DNA of 64,000 nucleotides, from the NCBI RefSeq assembly GCF_052425735.1, contig NC_135760.1:22444001-22508000 (forward strand), given 5' to 3'. This DNA is from Oculina patagonica. Lineage: Eukaryota. Made by a program: the position numbers and the translations under genes. Within the stretch, counting starts at the first letter, position 1; each line of letters begins with the position of its first letter. The notes beneath the pieces were generated by a model. That model was not told where the DNA came from and did not search any database. It was given only the letters and a program-made list of their open reading frames with translations. Shown piece by piece: positions 1 through 15,000 of this stretch.

Positions 1-1042
1 CACACATGATAACACATGATTTGATTGGCTAGATCTTTAACAAAGGAAATTTATATTAAGCAAATCAAATCAACCGTTATAAAATCCCTTTGTTGTAAGG
101 GATTTTACTACAGTTGATTTGATTGGCTAGATTTAAATTTTCTTTGTTAAAAATTTACCCAATTAAATCATTTGGCCCAGAGCCACTTGTTTCTTGTGCC
201 CCAGGCTCTGTGGGAAAAGCGGCTCTGGGGACGAGAATGCAGATGAATAAATTTAAAAATTTTGTCTCATCTGCCATGTTATGAAACATGAGGTTTTAGC
301 CCTTGTAAAATCTGTTAACTCTAATATTCTTCTACTTGATATTATTAAAAGAAGACAATCAGCTGTGTTCTATTGGAAATCTTCCAATTCAATTTCTTCC
401 AATTCAATTGGTTTTTCCATTGTTTCTATTCCCTGACAGAACACAATTATGTGCCCATTGCTCTTAAAATGGGAAATCATTGGCCTTTTTTGGCTAAAAA
501 AAACACAAAACTGTACAGAGTGGCTAAAACAAAACTACTAAAATGATAAGAATGCTTGCCCTTGTTTTTAATTCACTCTTAGAAAACTTGGGCTAATAGT
601 CTAAACACTAAATATAATGATTTTGCTGGAGATATTGGCTGTCAGTAAATATTGAGAACTAAAGGGTTTAATTGTATAATATTACTGTACATGGATACTA
701 ATGACAAATTAATTGAGAGCTGCCTTTATGTGGGGGTTGTCAAGGCAGAACACTTTCACAAAATATTTTGTAAAACAAAACACTCATAAAAATATATTTA
801 TGAGCACAACCAGACTTGCTTAAAAAATATTTCCCAAGTTTATCAAAGATGGATTATGCATCTCCAATAAAGAAAGGGTCATTGATAACGATATAACAAT
901 AAAACACCATCAACCCTAGCTTCGATTTCATAAGACAAGGACAAATTTTGATCAGCCATTGTCTAACAGGCTTTTAGCCAGGATTTAAAGTGGCCATCCA
1001 AAATTTCTTTAAGGCCTAACTACAACCTGCTAGGAGGGTCTG

Positions 1043-1220
1043 CAGGGTTTTCATTAAGAATTGTAATAGCAGGAGAATAGTGTAAAGTAACCGGAGAATG
1101 ATTTTAAAAGGTTGCGCATCTTTATAAAAAAAAATAGTTACAGGCCTTTGAAATTTAGCCGGAGAGTTCTACATAGTAGAAGGAGAATTCTCCGATCTCC
1201 GATGCCTAATGAACACCCTG
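1043..1220. mobile_element. Small non-autonomous DNA transposon (MITE) in a LIS1 intron
   Basis: TIRs CAGGGTTTTCATTA / TAATGAACACCCTG; flanks GGGTCTG / CGGTCTG look like a 7-bp TSD with one mismatch. Confidence 0.55.
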
Positions 1221-1789
1221 CGGTCTGATGACAAAATTTAAGCAAGTACGATGTATTTCTACAGTTTTGATTTCTTAAATTTGCTAAAAAAATAACTCTT
1301 AATACAGGAATTCATATTAATTTTTTCTAAGAAGTGAGCATTCATAGGACAGCTGGTTAAAAGCCTACTGTCCAATGAACGACTGCTATTTGCAGCTGTG
1401 CTTAAAGTTTAACTTCCATCAGAATTGTTGCTCAAAATGACAGTAATAATTGTTAACACTTTGAGATAATTTGCTGGAAGTTCAACAACCTATGGTTTTG
1501 AAATCAACTAAATTGCTTTCTTTGTAAAGTGATACCTCAGTTACAACCTGAACAAAGGGTTCTCTACTTTAAACAAACCCCATTAATGCAGCCACCAAGT
1601 AAAGAAAGCCAGTGCTAGGCAGCTGTTTGGTGGCTGGATTGATGGGATCCCACTGCATTTCAAATGACAAAAAGAAAAACAAACTACCATACATTTCTGT
1701 ACTTGTGAAACAAGTACAGGCGAAACTTTACACCATCGTTATATTTATGTTATATATTTTTTATACCATTGTTATATTTCCGTTATTGT

Positions 1790-1860
1790 TATATTTTTGT
1801 GAGGGCCACAAGTTTATCAGTTTGATTACTGTCAGGTGTCACCCTCGTTAAATAAAGTCC

Positions 1861-1903
<43 letters not shown>

Positions 1904-1906
1904 GTA
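1790..1906 (+). repeat. Probable 3' tail of a non-LTR retrotransposon ending in a (TACT)n microsatellite
   Basis: GAGGG...CCCTC stem, then AATAAA, then about 11 TACT units (1861-1903). This is the usual 3'-end layout of CR1/L2-type LINEs. Confidence 0.5.
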
Positions 1907-2253
1907 CTGTCCCTTGCATCTAAGCATGAACACATGCCAACGAAAAATGATCTTATTGGATATCAACATTGCATGATTGGTCATCAAACATTCAACACAT
2001 GCTGGTTTTGAAATGGCAATAGGATTGGATATAGAAGACTTTTCCGAGAAATTGATCCTGATCTGTGTCGATATACATACCCCGGTTCACTTGAATCACT
2101 TCTAGTGTAAAGTTTCCACCATACTCAGTGCTTACGATGAGCAATTTGAGTGCGAAAGTTCACGTAACAGTCTGCTAAACTTCAAATGTTTCACAACAAA
2201 TCTTGCAGTGTTTATACCCAATAATAATGTTTCGGCAGCACGTGTCACGCTTA

Positions 2254-4106
<1,853 letters not shown>

Positions 4107-4854
4107 GGCTCAAGATTTTTGTAGTCTTTTCAGTCAACTTTTATTAAAATCACGAGCATCTACGATCTTGAATTGCACTGAAAACATTCCTTTCTGGGCG
4201 ACTTGTGTACAGTAACATCACATTTACTCCATGTTGGTAGTGACACCCTCTTCTTTCCTAAAGAAACATTAAACAACAAATGAGGAAAATGTAAAACGTT
4301 TTTATCAAGGGGCACTGGCACGCGAGAGAATGCATTTCAATTACACCGGTTAGGATATCGTAATATCGTTTAATAAAAGTAGATCATTGAACAAAGTCAC
4401 CTAACATGATCAGCAGTCTGCGAAACTTCACGGGCCTTGGTTGAAAGATCGTTTTCGCTTCAGACGCATGACTTGTTGGGTTAAAGAGAGACTACGGTTG
4501 AAATTAATAAAAAGGGCACTTTATAGTTGAAAGTTAAGTGAATGTCAGATTGCCACACAGTCATAATATTACGCATATTTTAACTGAAGCAGGCTAAACC
4601 CACCCATGCTCTGAACTAACTATGCGCTGGCTAGCCAACAAGAATTACGTCAGTTCTCGCGTTTACACAGGTTTCAACACAAAGAAAGCCCTACCTTGTA
4701 TTTGATTCGCCTTCTGTGGTCCTTGTCACCTTCACAAGCGGCTATTCGACCGCATAAAACGCCACAGAATCGCCAATTTCTCTTTCACAGTCTATCAATT
4801 TTGAAACTCAAACACCGCTCGATTTCAAGCACTTCGTAAAAACGGCCAGCCCAT

Positions 4855-4930
4855 GATGCAAAGCGACTACAATGCGCATGAGCAGCCAGCCAAAGGCGCG
4901 GTGTTTTCTGGGTAGTATTCAACATGGCGG
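4855..4930. promoter_or_regulatory. Putative bidirectional promoter between LIS1 and the cysteine-hairpin microprotein gene
   Basis: Head-to-head genes; locally CpG-rich; NRF1-like TGCGCATG near 4873; YY1-like AACATGGCGG overlapping the ATG at 4924. Confidence 0.55.
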
Positions 4931-5310
4931 ACGCGAGCTCACAGACTTTTAGGAATGTAACGCCATCCTGCGACCATCAGGCCTTAAAAGAATGCCTGGA
5001 TAGAAATAACGGTGACAGATCTAAATGTATGAAGGAATGGGAAGATTTCCAACGTTCCTGTGCTGAAAATAAAAGGTAACTTTACTTAGCGCAAGAAACC
5101 TGCACATTGTCTTTCTGATATGGCTGCCAGAAAAGGTCAGGAGAAACTGACTGGGCCAGTCGGGGGGTTAGAGGATTTGTGGTAGAGAGAACTTTTCTTC
5201 GGGTACTCTAATGACAGGTACAAAGGAGACTGAAGCTGATAACATGACTCACTTTGTTTTGCAGAAAGTTACAGGAAAAACAAGAAACAGCATCCTGTGG
5301 TTGTGATTAA
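4924..5310 (+). CDS. 65-aa cysteine alpha-hairpin (CHCH-like) microprotein, 2 coding exons
   Basis: Exons 4924-5075 and 5265-5310 (GT-AG, phase 2) give MADASSQTFRNVTPSCDHQALKECLDRNNGDRSKCMKEWEDFQRSCAENKRKLQEKQETASCGCD*. Strong start context; C-x7-C-x10-C-x10-C helical pattern. Confidence 0.8.
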
Positions 5311-5331
5311 GGTATCAACATTTTTTCTTAA

Positions 5332-6701
5332 GGTAGTAGAACTGCTATAAACATGTCCAATTTGAAAATTAATAACTCAAACATTAAATCATTTTTCAAA
5401 ATAAAAGTTACATAGGCTTATTAAACAAGACCTGGACATTCAGGAAGATGATATACGAGGTGTCAATTTTCACACCTTAGGTGTGAATTCACGGTTAAAT
5501 CGCAGGCTCATAAAATTAAAGATTGCCGATTTACGGCTTTCCTTTAAAAGATACAGAGATAATTTCAACTGGAGCCGATTTATGATAGAAACGTTTAATT
5601 ACCTACAAATACCCGGAGTAATATTATACATATTATATTATTATATTATTATACATATTTATTATATAATACATATTTACATATTTACATAGATAATTAT
5701 ATTTTTTTTTCCTTTAATTTTATACAGTTTTGCGTTCACGCACACGTTTTAACGAGCGCTTGCGCTCCTAGGTGTCGCGTGGGTAAATAAAGTATTGTTG
5801 TTGTTGTTGTTGTTGTATGCCAGCATTTACTTCTGGAGATAGAGCATTCTAGTTATTTTTATGTGTGCCTCAACTTTGAACAGCCATAATTTTGTGAAAA
5901 ATGTCTGGGCCGCTCCGGGTATTCACACACAGTTTCCTCGACATTACACAAATAAACAGTGCAAATTTCACCGAGATCTGACAATTCTACACCTTTAAAT
6001 TGCAAGTACCTTTCGAGGCGGTCTGTTACAGCGGCGAAATTAGCGAATGTAAGCAGCGAAATATGCATTCGACGCTCTGTTTTTTTCGACGCCATATTGA
6101 ATTCTCAGAGGTAGACCGCTGTTCATTGTGTTTAAGGCCGCATTGTTACAATTGCTACACGAACAAGCACGAAAAAATACGGATTTTTTCGATTACTGTC
6201 GGAGAAAACATGGCGGCGTAAACAAATATGATACACATAGCAACGCCAAATTTCGCAATTGCATTACGGAACTCATGCTGCGTCTTCTCTGGGCTCTGCG
6301 AGGGTAGGATATCAAGACAGCTTCTTTGTGAGCTTTAAAGGGCTTAAAAAGAGGCATAGATTTAGTCGATGCTTTTGAATTATATTTGAAGATGAAATAC
6401 GAAAGAATTTTGCTGTCTTTTACTAAAATTTCGCTCGAACTGCGTAGATACGATCGCATGTTGTAAAGCCGATTCATGTAATATTGCTGTCAACGCGAGG
6501 TCATATCGACTGGGATGGCAGAGCGCTAATCATTAACATTGCAAAATGGCGCTTATAGCAACCAAATTTCGCCTTTTTTTCTCCACTTCTAAGCTAAAAG
6601 AAGCCCCCATCTCTTGTATTTGTGTTAACTTTATTAATATCTTTGAAAAGAGCGAGTTTTTAGGTATGGTTTATTTTTGACCTTATAGCAGTTCTAATAC
6701 C
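5332..6701. mobile_element. Non-autonomous Kolobok-like DNA transposon (contains a LINE-like tail with (GTT)n at about 5730-5816)
   Basis: TTAA at both flanks (5328-5331, 6702-6705); 19-bp TIRs GGTAGTAGAACTGCTATAA matching 18/19; purine-purine terminus. Confidence 0.75.
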
Positions 6702-7317
6702 TTAAAGCGGAGCTCGACCCAAAGGGTCGCAGAGCAGAGCCCCATACCCATAGAAAATTAACAGACCCATGCTTTTGGTTTTTCATGGTCATCATGGCTA
6801 GCGGCGTAGTTCGCGGGCGCATGCGCCTTAGCAGCGACATCGCCCCAACATGGCGGCAGTACTTCAGAAATAGGTTTAAGGTTATGGTTAACGTCAGCTT
6901 ACATCTTTGATATTGGATATCCATGTCATGGTCAATTGACAGCTGTCAAAACAAGTTATCCGCTGACCAGAATCAGATGACCATATTACAGGCTCAGATA
7001 TAGAACTCATCAAGGTCAAATGTTTTTATGAAGTTTACCGCTGATCAAGTAATGGTTTACATTGGATTGCGGGATCAATTGCTAATTTTTTTCTGTTAAT
7101 GGTCAGTAAATTTGGATTTACAAAAAGGGCGATGTAAATAACCCTGGGAGCTCTGCTTTTAGGCGTGGCCAAATCTATTTAATACTATAAACCAATGATT
7201 GTTTATCCTAGAGCATCGCTTATCTTGAATTTGTGAGATTCATAAGAGGCCCTGCCAGGGGGGGGGGATCCCGTATCACTTGTCTTAATTTAAAAATGTC
7301 CCGTGTCACTGTTTTAT

Positions 7318-7674
7318 CCCCAGGGGGGTACTCCGGCTTGTAAATGACGGGGATGATCGAATGAAGGCAAAACTCAGGACCCAAAAAAATCCCTGGCCAA
7401 AAATAACCCCCCAAAAAATCCCTTGTCAAATTACCCCTAAATTGCCAGGAGGGGCATTAACGCTCGAGTTTGATTATTCATCATACCATAAATACGCCAA
7501 AGGCCGCGCCAAAGCACTTTAGTTCGTTTTTAATACCCAAAAAAATCCCGTATTTGAATCAAGTCACCCAAAAAAATACTTGCCAAATTTTCCAACCCCA
7601 AAAAATCCCGGAATCGAAAATTTGAAACCCAAAAAAGCCTTCGATCATCCCCGTCATTTACAAGCCAAAGTACC
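7318..7674. mobile_element. MITE with ~35-bp TIRs
   Basis: GGTACTCCGGCTTGTAAATGACGGGGATGATCGAA ... TTCGATCATCCCCGTCATTTACAAGCCAAAGTACC, with internal CCCAAAAAAATCCC repeats. Confidence 0.65.
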
Positions 7675-9037
7675 TTATCAAAGTACCTTATCACACTTCC
7701 CATTCCTGTCAGTAGTTGAATTGAAGGAAAACTGCTTGTCCATGTCTTTCGTCACCATTGCTTGGGTTCACAACACTCAGACAACATGAAGATTTCAATA
7801 ATTATACAAGACACAACACTTGTAGATAAAATGTATTTTATTCTGAATATAGAAGAGTAGTTTTTCTTTAAATACACTGTCTGCCTATACTTTGTTTACA
7901 TAAAAAATAAAGATAAATAATAAAAATGTAACTTATGTGGTCAGTGGATATCGTGACTGGACTTGTCTACAGCACAGTTATCTTAGACATGCTACACACA
8001 CATCAAGTAGTTAACATTGCACCTGAGTGAGCATGAAAATTTAATGTTTATCTTTGTTTGTGAACTTTGTGTTCTTTTAACAATGTTTTTGGGAGATAAC
8101 TAATAACAGAAAATACTTGAAAGTGGGTCACTTCAAGACTCAGAAAATCATAACATACAAATAGTCGAGGAGATGTCAGAATTTGAAACTGATTGATTTA
8201 GAATATAATTTCCAGAATTTGGCACACAGTGCTTGTGACTTAGGAGTCAATATTTGTTATATTCTGCCCACTGCATGTAGTTGCCCTACTTTGTGGCTCT
8301 TCCATGGATACAATATATATTTTGGCCATGTTTCATTTGACTTATAAATGATTTTAAATTATGCCATTGCCAAAAGATAATGGGTTTCCTGTATTGGTAC
8401 CCTTCTCCATCTAACTTGTAAGCTATCATGCCTAATTCCTGCATGGCCTTATCACAGGCGCTGACTTCCATTTTGTTTGTAATAACACACTTCGTCACCT
8501 GAAATGCATTGACTGCAGCAAAAACTAGTGACTTAGGAGCTACAACCCTAGACAGAAGTAGTTAGAACGCTTTTCTTATCTGACACTTAAACCCATCATT
8601 GATTAGTTCATTATCGTTTCATTCACTTGTTTGTGCTTACAGGATGAGCTCAGGTTACCCCCTCCCGCCTTTCAATGTTGAAAAGTCCCTTGATAGTGTT
8701 TTACACAAACTATATTTGATGTGGCAACATTGTAAGGGGGGAGGGGGAAATAGAGGTATTATTGAATATCGTGCCAACAGTTCTGACGATGGTTGTAGGC
8801 AGTGAACTAATGTGAAAAATTGCAGACATATGATATTTAAAATGGATTTGTGCTCTAAAGTGTTTAAGATGGCACATTGTATTCTCATCACTTATGATGG
8901 CTAAGATGTCTTTTTAACACAGTCACTGGCAATCCGTGTGCCGCAGTTGTTCCATTTTGTCCCTCTGATAGTTGTTTTGAAGGTTTCATAATGAGGAATT
9001 GTCTATAAACAACTGGAATAACTGTTGTTCTTGCAAA

Positions 9038-12000
9038 CTATACAGCATCTGATGTCTGGTTGACTCTGTGCAGAGTAAACCTGAAACAAAAATAAGCTTT
9101 AGTGCAACTTTTCTTCCCAAGAACCTTGTTTCCAAAATGTAAATGATCAGTAAGCGTTCAAGTCCCTACATGCATTTCATGTACGTGCTTACATATTTTT
9201 TGCTTTGAAAAGCATTAAGTTACCAAAATCTATCCTTATCAAGCATTTTATTTTTCTTTCTTTTGCAAACATCTCATTTGTAAAAGTCAATCAGTGAAAC
9301 CAAATTTGGATCTCCCTTTCATTAACTGTCAGCAGTGTTTTATTTTCCAAAAGGACCTCAAGGGGTTTTTACAGACCCTTGATGATCTAATAAATGTCTG
9401 TGCCATCTATTTAAATTTAAGGGGTTAGAGAGAGGCATTTATCTCACTTTAACAGTAACAACGTCAACAAAACAAATAAGACGCGTAGTTTGGTCACAGA
9501 GTAAGATAGAAAACAGAGTTTATGAGTAAGGGACTAATCTAATTTGACCTAATGCAAAGCCTAGATATGTCGTTTATAGATCGATATCAATGTCTTCATG
9601 GTCATCAGGGTCAATCATGTTGGCCTCTTTGATGTCTAAATCAAGCAAAAAACTAACTATATTGTGTGATTTTACTCTGGAGGGTTTCCCTGGTTTTTGA
9701 GGCGATTCTTGGGGGGACTGGGGGGTTGTCTATTAGACACGGGGCGTTTATTAGAGGGGCATCTAATACAAACTTTACACCTCAGGGGAGGCGTTTTAGA
9801 GATACGAGGCGTTTATATGAGAGTGGGCGTTTATTAGATCATTTATGGTAGTAGACAAGCTATGTGTGAAGAGACTACAACCCATGTGTACTTGGCCATC
9901 CCCGAACAGAACTGACATTTTCTAGGTTCATCTCGACTTTGTTTTTCCGTTATTTGCAGGTAGACAGAAACGTGATAAGAAATATTGAAGCGTGACAAGA
10001 AATGTTGAAGAAATGTCCCTACCTGTCACACCATCCACATGTTTTGAAGCAGTGATATCGAACAAACTTCCCATTTCTTCCTGGCTTGGAGCAGTAGTGT
10101 TCAAACAGTCTGCACAACCGGTTATACGAATCCTCGCAAACTGAAATTATGAAAAATGAACTGTAAGTGGACTCGATTGCGTGACTAACTAATACTAATA
10201 ATAGATGCTGTGGATAATCACGCAACCTTTGTCAAGGAGAAGTATTGCGTTACTTCCAGCTTTACAGTCGATCTTATGGCCTGTCACGAATTGGGAAAAG
10301 CTGCGTTACTTCCACCACTGTAGCTGTTGTTATGGCATATCAAAGATTCGAAACTGCTGCGTTATATTCAAGTTTAAACCATTCTCATGGCACGGAGTAG
10401 AAACGGAGAAATGTTGCGTGACTGATAAAAGAGCTTTCCTGCAGTTGTCACACAGCCTTAATGATAATCAGATGAAAACGTATAGTGGACAGTGGGACCA
10501 TTGCAATGAAGAATATTGTGGGACAAACCAAAACTCTGTTCTTCTTAGACTTCTTAGGAGAATCGAGAAATAAAAAATACAAGTTTCCCTTTTCATAAGG
10601 AAAGCGTTGCATATTCGCACATTGCTTGTTGTTAATTGTCTTCTACGTACTTACCTGGGCATCCGCGTAAATTTTGACCTCTGGCTGCGTAATTATTCCA
10701 GCAACAACCATATTTGCTCGACTGGCATCCTGGAGGGCTGAATTGTTCTGCAGGTCCAAAATATCGTTTCAGAATGACTAGGTCTGAGAACGCGGCTAGG
10801 GCGTTAAACCCTTATTCACGGGAAAGATTGACGTATGATATTTCTAACATTCTCTCCCACCCTAGCCCGATTCTGTGACGGTCAAAGGTCGCTCGTTTTC
10901 TGGCCGTCTGAGATTCGGGATCGTGCCACCCAGAATCGACTTTGCAGTCTCAGGACCCTTGGTACCTTTCCCCGTTATAAGAGAACGCTAGCTCGCAGAT
11001 GACTTTGTAATATTTTATTCTCTCCGTTAACAAGACTTGAAACGCAAAAACTATACCCTTTCACGTACAGTGGAACCTCGATTTAACGATTGACTAAAGG
11101 ACTGGAAAAATATGTTCGTTATATCGAGGTTTCGTTCCATAGGGGTATTTTACTATTACTGGGGCGAAGAAGATCGTTCCGTTATACCAAGGACTTCACA
11201 ATACACTGCATAGAGGTTCGTTAAATCGAGGTTCCACGGTAGAAACAGCAGACGGCAAACGTAATGTTTTTGCCGATCGCGGGAGAAACCAACATGGCGC
11301 TGTAATATCTCTATTTCTACTCACTGGCCGTTTCAACCACTTAAATTGGGTGGACGAAAATGCGTATATACTGGGAAATTAAAACTTGCTGAAAAAAGGG
11401 ATAACAACTAAAATATCAGGCTGACAGATTATTGCAGGGAACTTCGTGTTAATGAAACCCCCAGGGCCCAAGGTGAAACCCTGATGGAAAGCTACAGAAT
11501 GAACCTGGCTTTATTCAAATCTCTTGCTGTTTTTTTAATTTGTGTCTTTTTCAGTTCAGGCGTTCTTCTTATGGGCCACTACTATTAACGCGACCGAAAA
11601 AGACGCAAGCAATGTAGTTTTAAACTTGTTTTATTCATTTATACAGAAAGAAGCGACTTCAGGTCTGCTCTCATTTTTGCACGCACCGTTAAAAAGGACT
11701 TGAATTAACAAACCAAAATTAAAGGCTTTGAAAGCTGTTGACAAATAAAATTTGGTGCACGAAAGTCAAAACATTGAAACTCTGGCCTTTCCGTCAAATG
11801 AACCCACTACATTTCCGCCGTGTTCTTTACCACACACAAGAGAAGAGAACGTGAATGCATACTTTGATATTCCCCGAGAAAGAAAAAGAATTTTTCTTCG
11901 GTACTACGTGATTTTAAGTTACAGAATATATTTCTGTTTTTATCCAACCCCACTTAGCATAGTGCAAACAAATGCGAAATTGGTACAAATATCCCACAGG

Positions 12001-15000
12001 TTTTAAAATAATTGTTTTCGAAAAACATTCTTTTAACGCACTTAAAACGGTCAAGGCAACAAGGGCCTGCTAAGCACGAGAAATATAACTTGCCCAGATT
12101 AACTTGTCTTGTTTTACACCAGACTGGCATTAAACACATGCAATCTTTGCTTTCGGATTGAGCACCGTGCAAGCGTTTTAAGTCGGAGAATGAAATTCCC
12201 TCTTTGAAGCACTTGAAGAGTTTGCAATTTTTATTATCCAATCAAAAACTAGCACGAGCCCTCGTGCGGATACTTCATCATATTTCATGTTGCTCTATGT
12301 TGCTTAGCAACTTCAGGAAGGTAAACCGCGGGCTCTTTAACTCCAGCAGCCCCTATCATCGAACTAGTACTAGTACTTGCTAACTGTTTCCTAAGCTACG
12401 GCCGTGCTTTGAGGAAGAGGGCAAGAAATTTTTTTGTCCTTCGTCCATACAGTTGTGTCCGTCTAAATTAAAGAAGGAGTTTTTACACCTAAAATCCTGT
12501 CCCATTTCATCTACAAGCATCCAGCAGACCAAAATATTTTTAGTAAAGTTCTAATTACAAAAGGAACTATTTCTCATTAAGAAACAATTTATTGCAACTA
12601 AGTTGTTACAATTAACAGTGGCGGATCCAGGGGAGGGGCCCGGGGGGCCGGGCCCCTACCTTATTTTTCGGAAACGGCGCATTTTCTTTGAAGTGCCGGA
12701 ATTATCTTAGCAGAATTCAACATTTATAGACAAGCTTTTGAAAGCGGACCCCCTCCTTAGCTGAAGGTCTGGATCCACCACTGCAATATCATCAAAGTCT
12801 AGTCTAAGTTTCAATGGCTAATTTTGCCCTTTTTTCTCTGACTTTACTTACAGAGTTAATCGGAACTTCATAATAAAAGAATTATTTCGTATAAATTTTT
12901 TTTTGGGGGGGGGGGGCAACGTAACAGTAAACCCAGAGAAAAAAAACGCGTCAAACTTTTTAAATTTTTTTTGGGTAAACTGCTTAAGCACCAGTGAACC
13001 TCGTCCCAAAGCGGAAAAGACCCTGGAGACGAAGTTGCCACATTTCCTTGCTTCTCGTCCCTCTTTTTTTTTTCGTATGTTCCCGCCTCGTCCCCAGGCG
13101 TCTCTCCTTGGTTGGAGCACAGTGCGCGCTGAATTGTGGGACTGCTGCATTCGCAACCATTCACCTGTTTCCCGCTTTTCATGGACGAAATGTAACGCTG
13201 GCTGGTGACGTAATGTACCCATAGTTCAATCCAGATCTAACTCTGGAATTGTGATGTAGTCAAGTTTACGTGTTAATATGTCTTTAGCATGCAAGAATAT
13301 GTGTGCAACATAGCTAACAGTAAGGGTTATGATGTAATTCTCGGGGATCAATAGCAGATACTGCTCGATGCGTTGTTTGAAGAGAGCAAGGCCTTTATCA
13401 CTTCCTTCCCTTGTGGTTACATCCTCAACGTCACGAAAGAAGCCAGTTGGGCTGAACTCGGGAGGAATTGCTTTGTGTAGATTTGCCCAGGATGAGTTTT
13501 CCTCTTCTACGTAACATTCAGCAAGATCTTCAAACAACTCGAAGGCAAGTTGACGTAAGGGAATCTGCTCGACTTTACTGTTGAGCAGGCCTTTGTGCTC
13601 AAGCTCGAATTTCTTTTTCTTCTCACAGGTTCTGATGTAGAACTTCTGAGCCAACAAGTTCAGTTCTCCTTTAACCGTGGCGAGTAACTGCTTAAAGGCA
13701 TCTTCTACCCAGCTCCACATTTCAACTAACCTTCTGTAAGGGACCATTCATTTTTTAGAAGGGGGGAGGGCCGGAGGAATCCCTGTGTGTATTCAGTTGA
13801 AACTTTTTGGCCCTCCCCCTATAGTAGAGTAAAAAAAGGAAGGCCCTCCCCAAAGTGCAATATTAAATTTTGCGACCCCCCCCCCCCACACACACACACA
13901 CATGCACCTAAAAAAAATTCACATCAAACCTCTTTTTTTGACAGAGCTCCATTCTGCTGTGTTGCACAAGATTATCTTTGATCGCAAAAAAATCTATGCT
14001 ACAGTCAAACGTACGCCGTGCTATATACACGAATTGAAGCCCTTCTTCATTATGTGGAACACTACTCTTGCACTCTTTAGCATCAGAAGTGACCTTTAAC
14101 GGTCAAAAATGCGAAAAATAGCCTTATAAACAAACACACTTAGGCACGAACAACTACATAACACAATTGTCCATTTACGTGAGCCATAAAACAATTCGAT
14201 CCTGCAGACAAGTACAAATATGGCAAATCGATGATTTCAAATCACAATGAGATGAATAGGAACAGGAGTCGAGGACGACTGATTAGATAAAACATTGCAG
14301 AAGAGATGTTGCGGCAACAGAGACAAATGCAGTACACGCAGTTTTTTGTGGATGAAGAAGCAACAAAACAGATCAACAATAATGGAGTTAAAGTTATTCT
14401 TAGCTCCCAGAGCGCACACAACAACTCAACTAGGGAGCAACAACTCAAAGAAACCATGCTCCAATGTTAGAGACGCAGTAGCCCAAAGACCGGAATAGAC
14501 CCTCACAACTGTGGTCGAAACGTTATCCTACGAACTACCGCCACTTTAGAACGAGGACAGTTAGAAATCCACTGATCCGATACACAATATATACTACAAC
14601 ATTCCTTTAAAGGCTTTTAAGAATCTTCAACAAACATGAGCCGATAAACCTAACAAAATATGCCACAGAGCAGCAAACACAATGGCATAAAGATCATCAC
14701 TGAAAGCGTTAATCAAATCAAATAGAGAGCGTTAATCAAATCATCCATAACAGACTGAAGGCTAACATTTAGCAACCAGCGGGAGTCGTGCTTGGCCTGT
14801 CACATTTTATATCACTTAATATTTATTGAAAATAAAAGATTTTGATTTGGATTAAAATGCAGTGTTTTTCTACGCGACCCCCCCCTTTTCAAAAACGAAA
14901 ATAACGATGACCCTCCCCTTTTGCCACTGTAAAAAATTAGTGACCCCCCCAAGATTCCTCCGGCCCTCCCCCCTTCTAAAAAATGAATGGTCCCTAAGCT

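Noticed and set aside
12848-13224. Overlapping 76-124 aa ORFs downstream of cGLR copy B (and 17455-17715 for copy A)
   Set aside because: Low-complexity 3' flank with homopolymer runs; frames are not conserved between the two duplicated copies.
13740-14994. A normal intron in cGLR copy B
   Set aside because: The boundaries are TIRs with a TAA duplication rather than GT-AG, and copy A is uninterrupted at this position.
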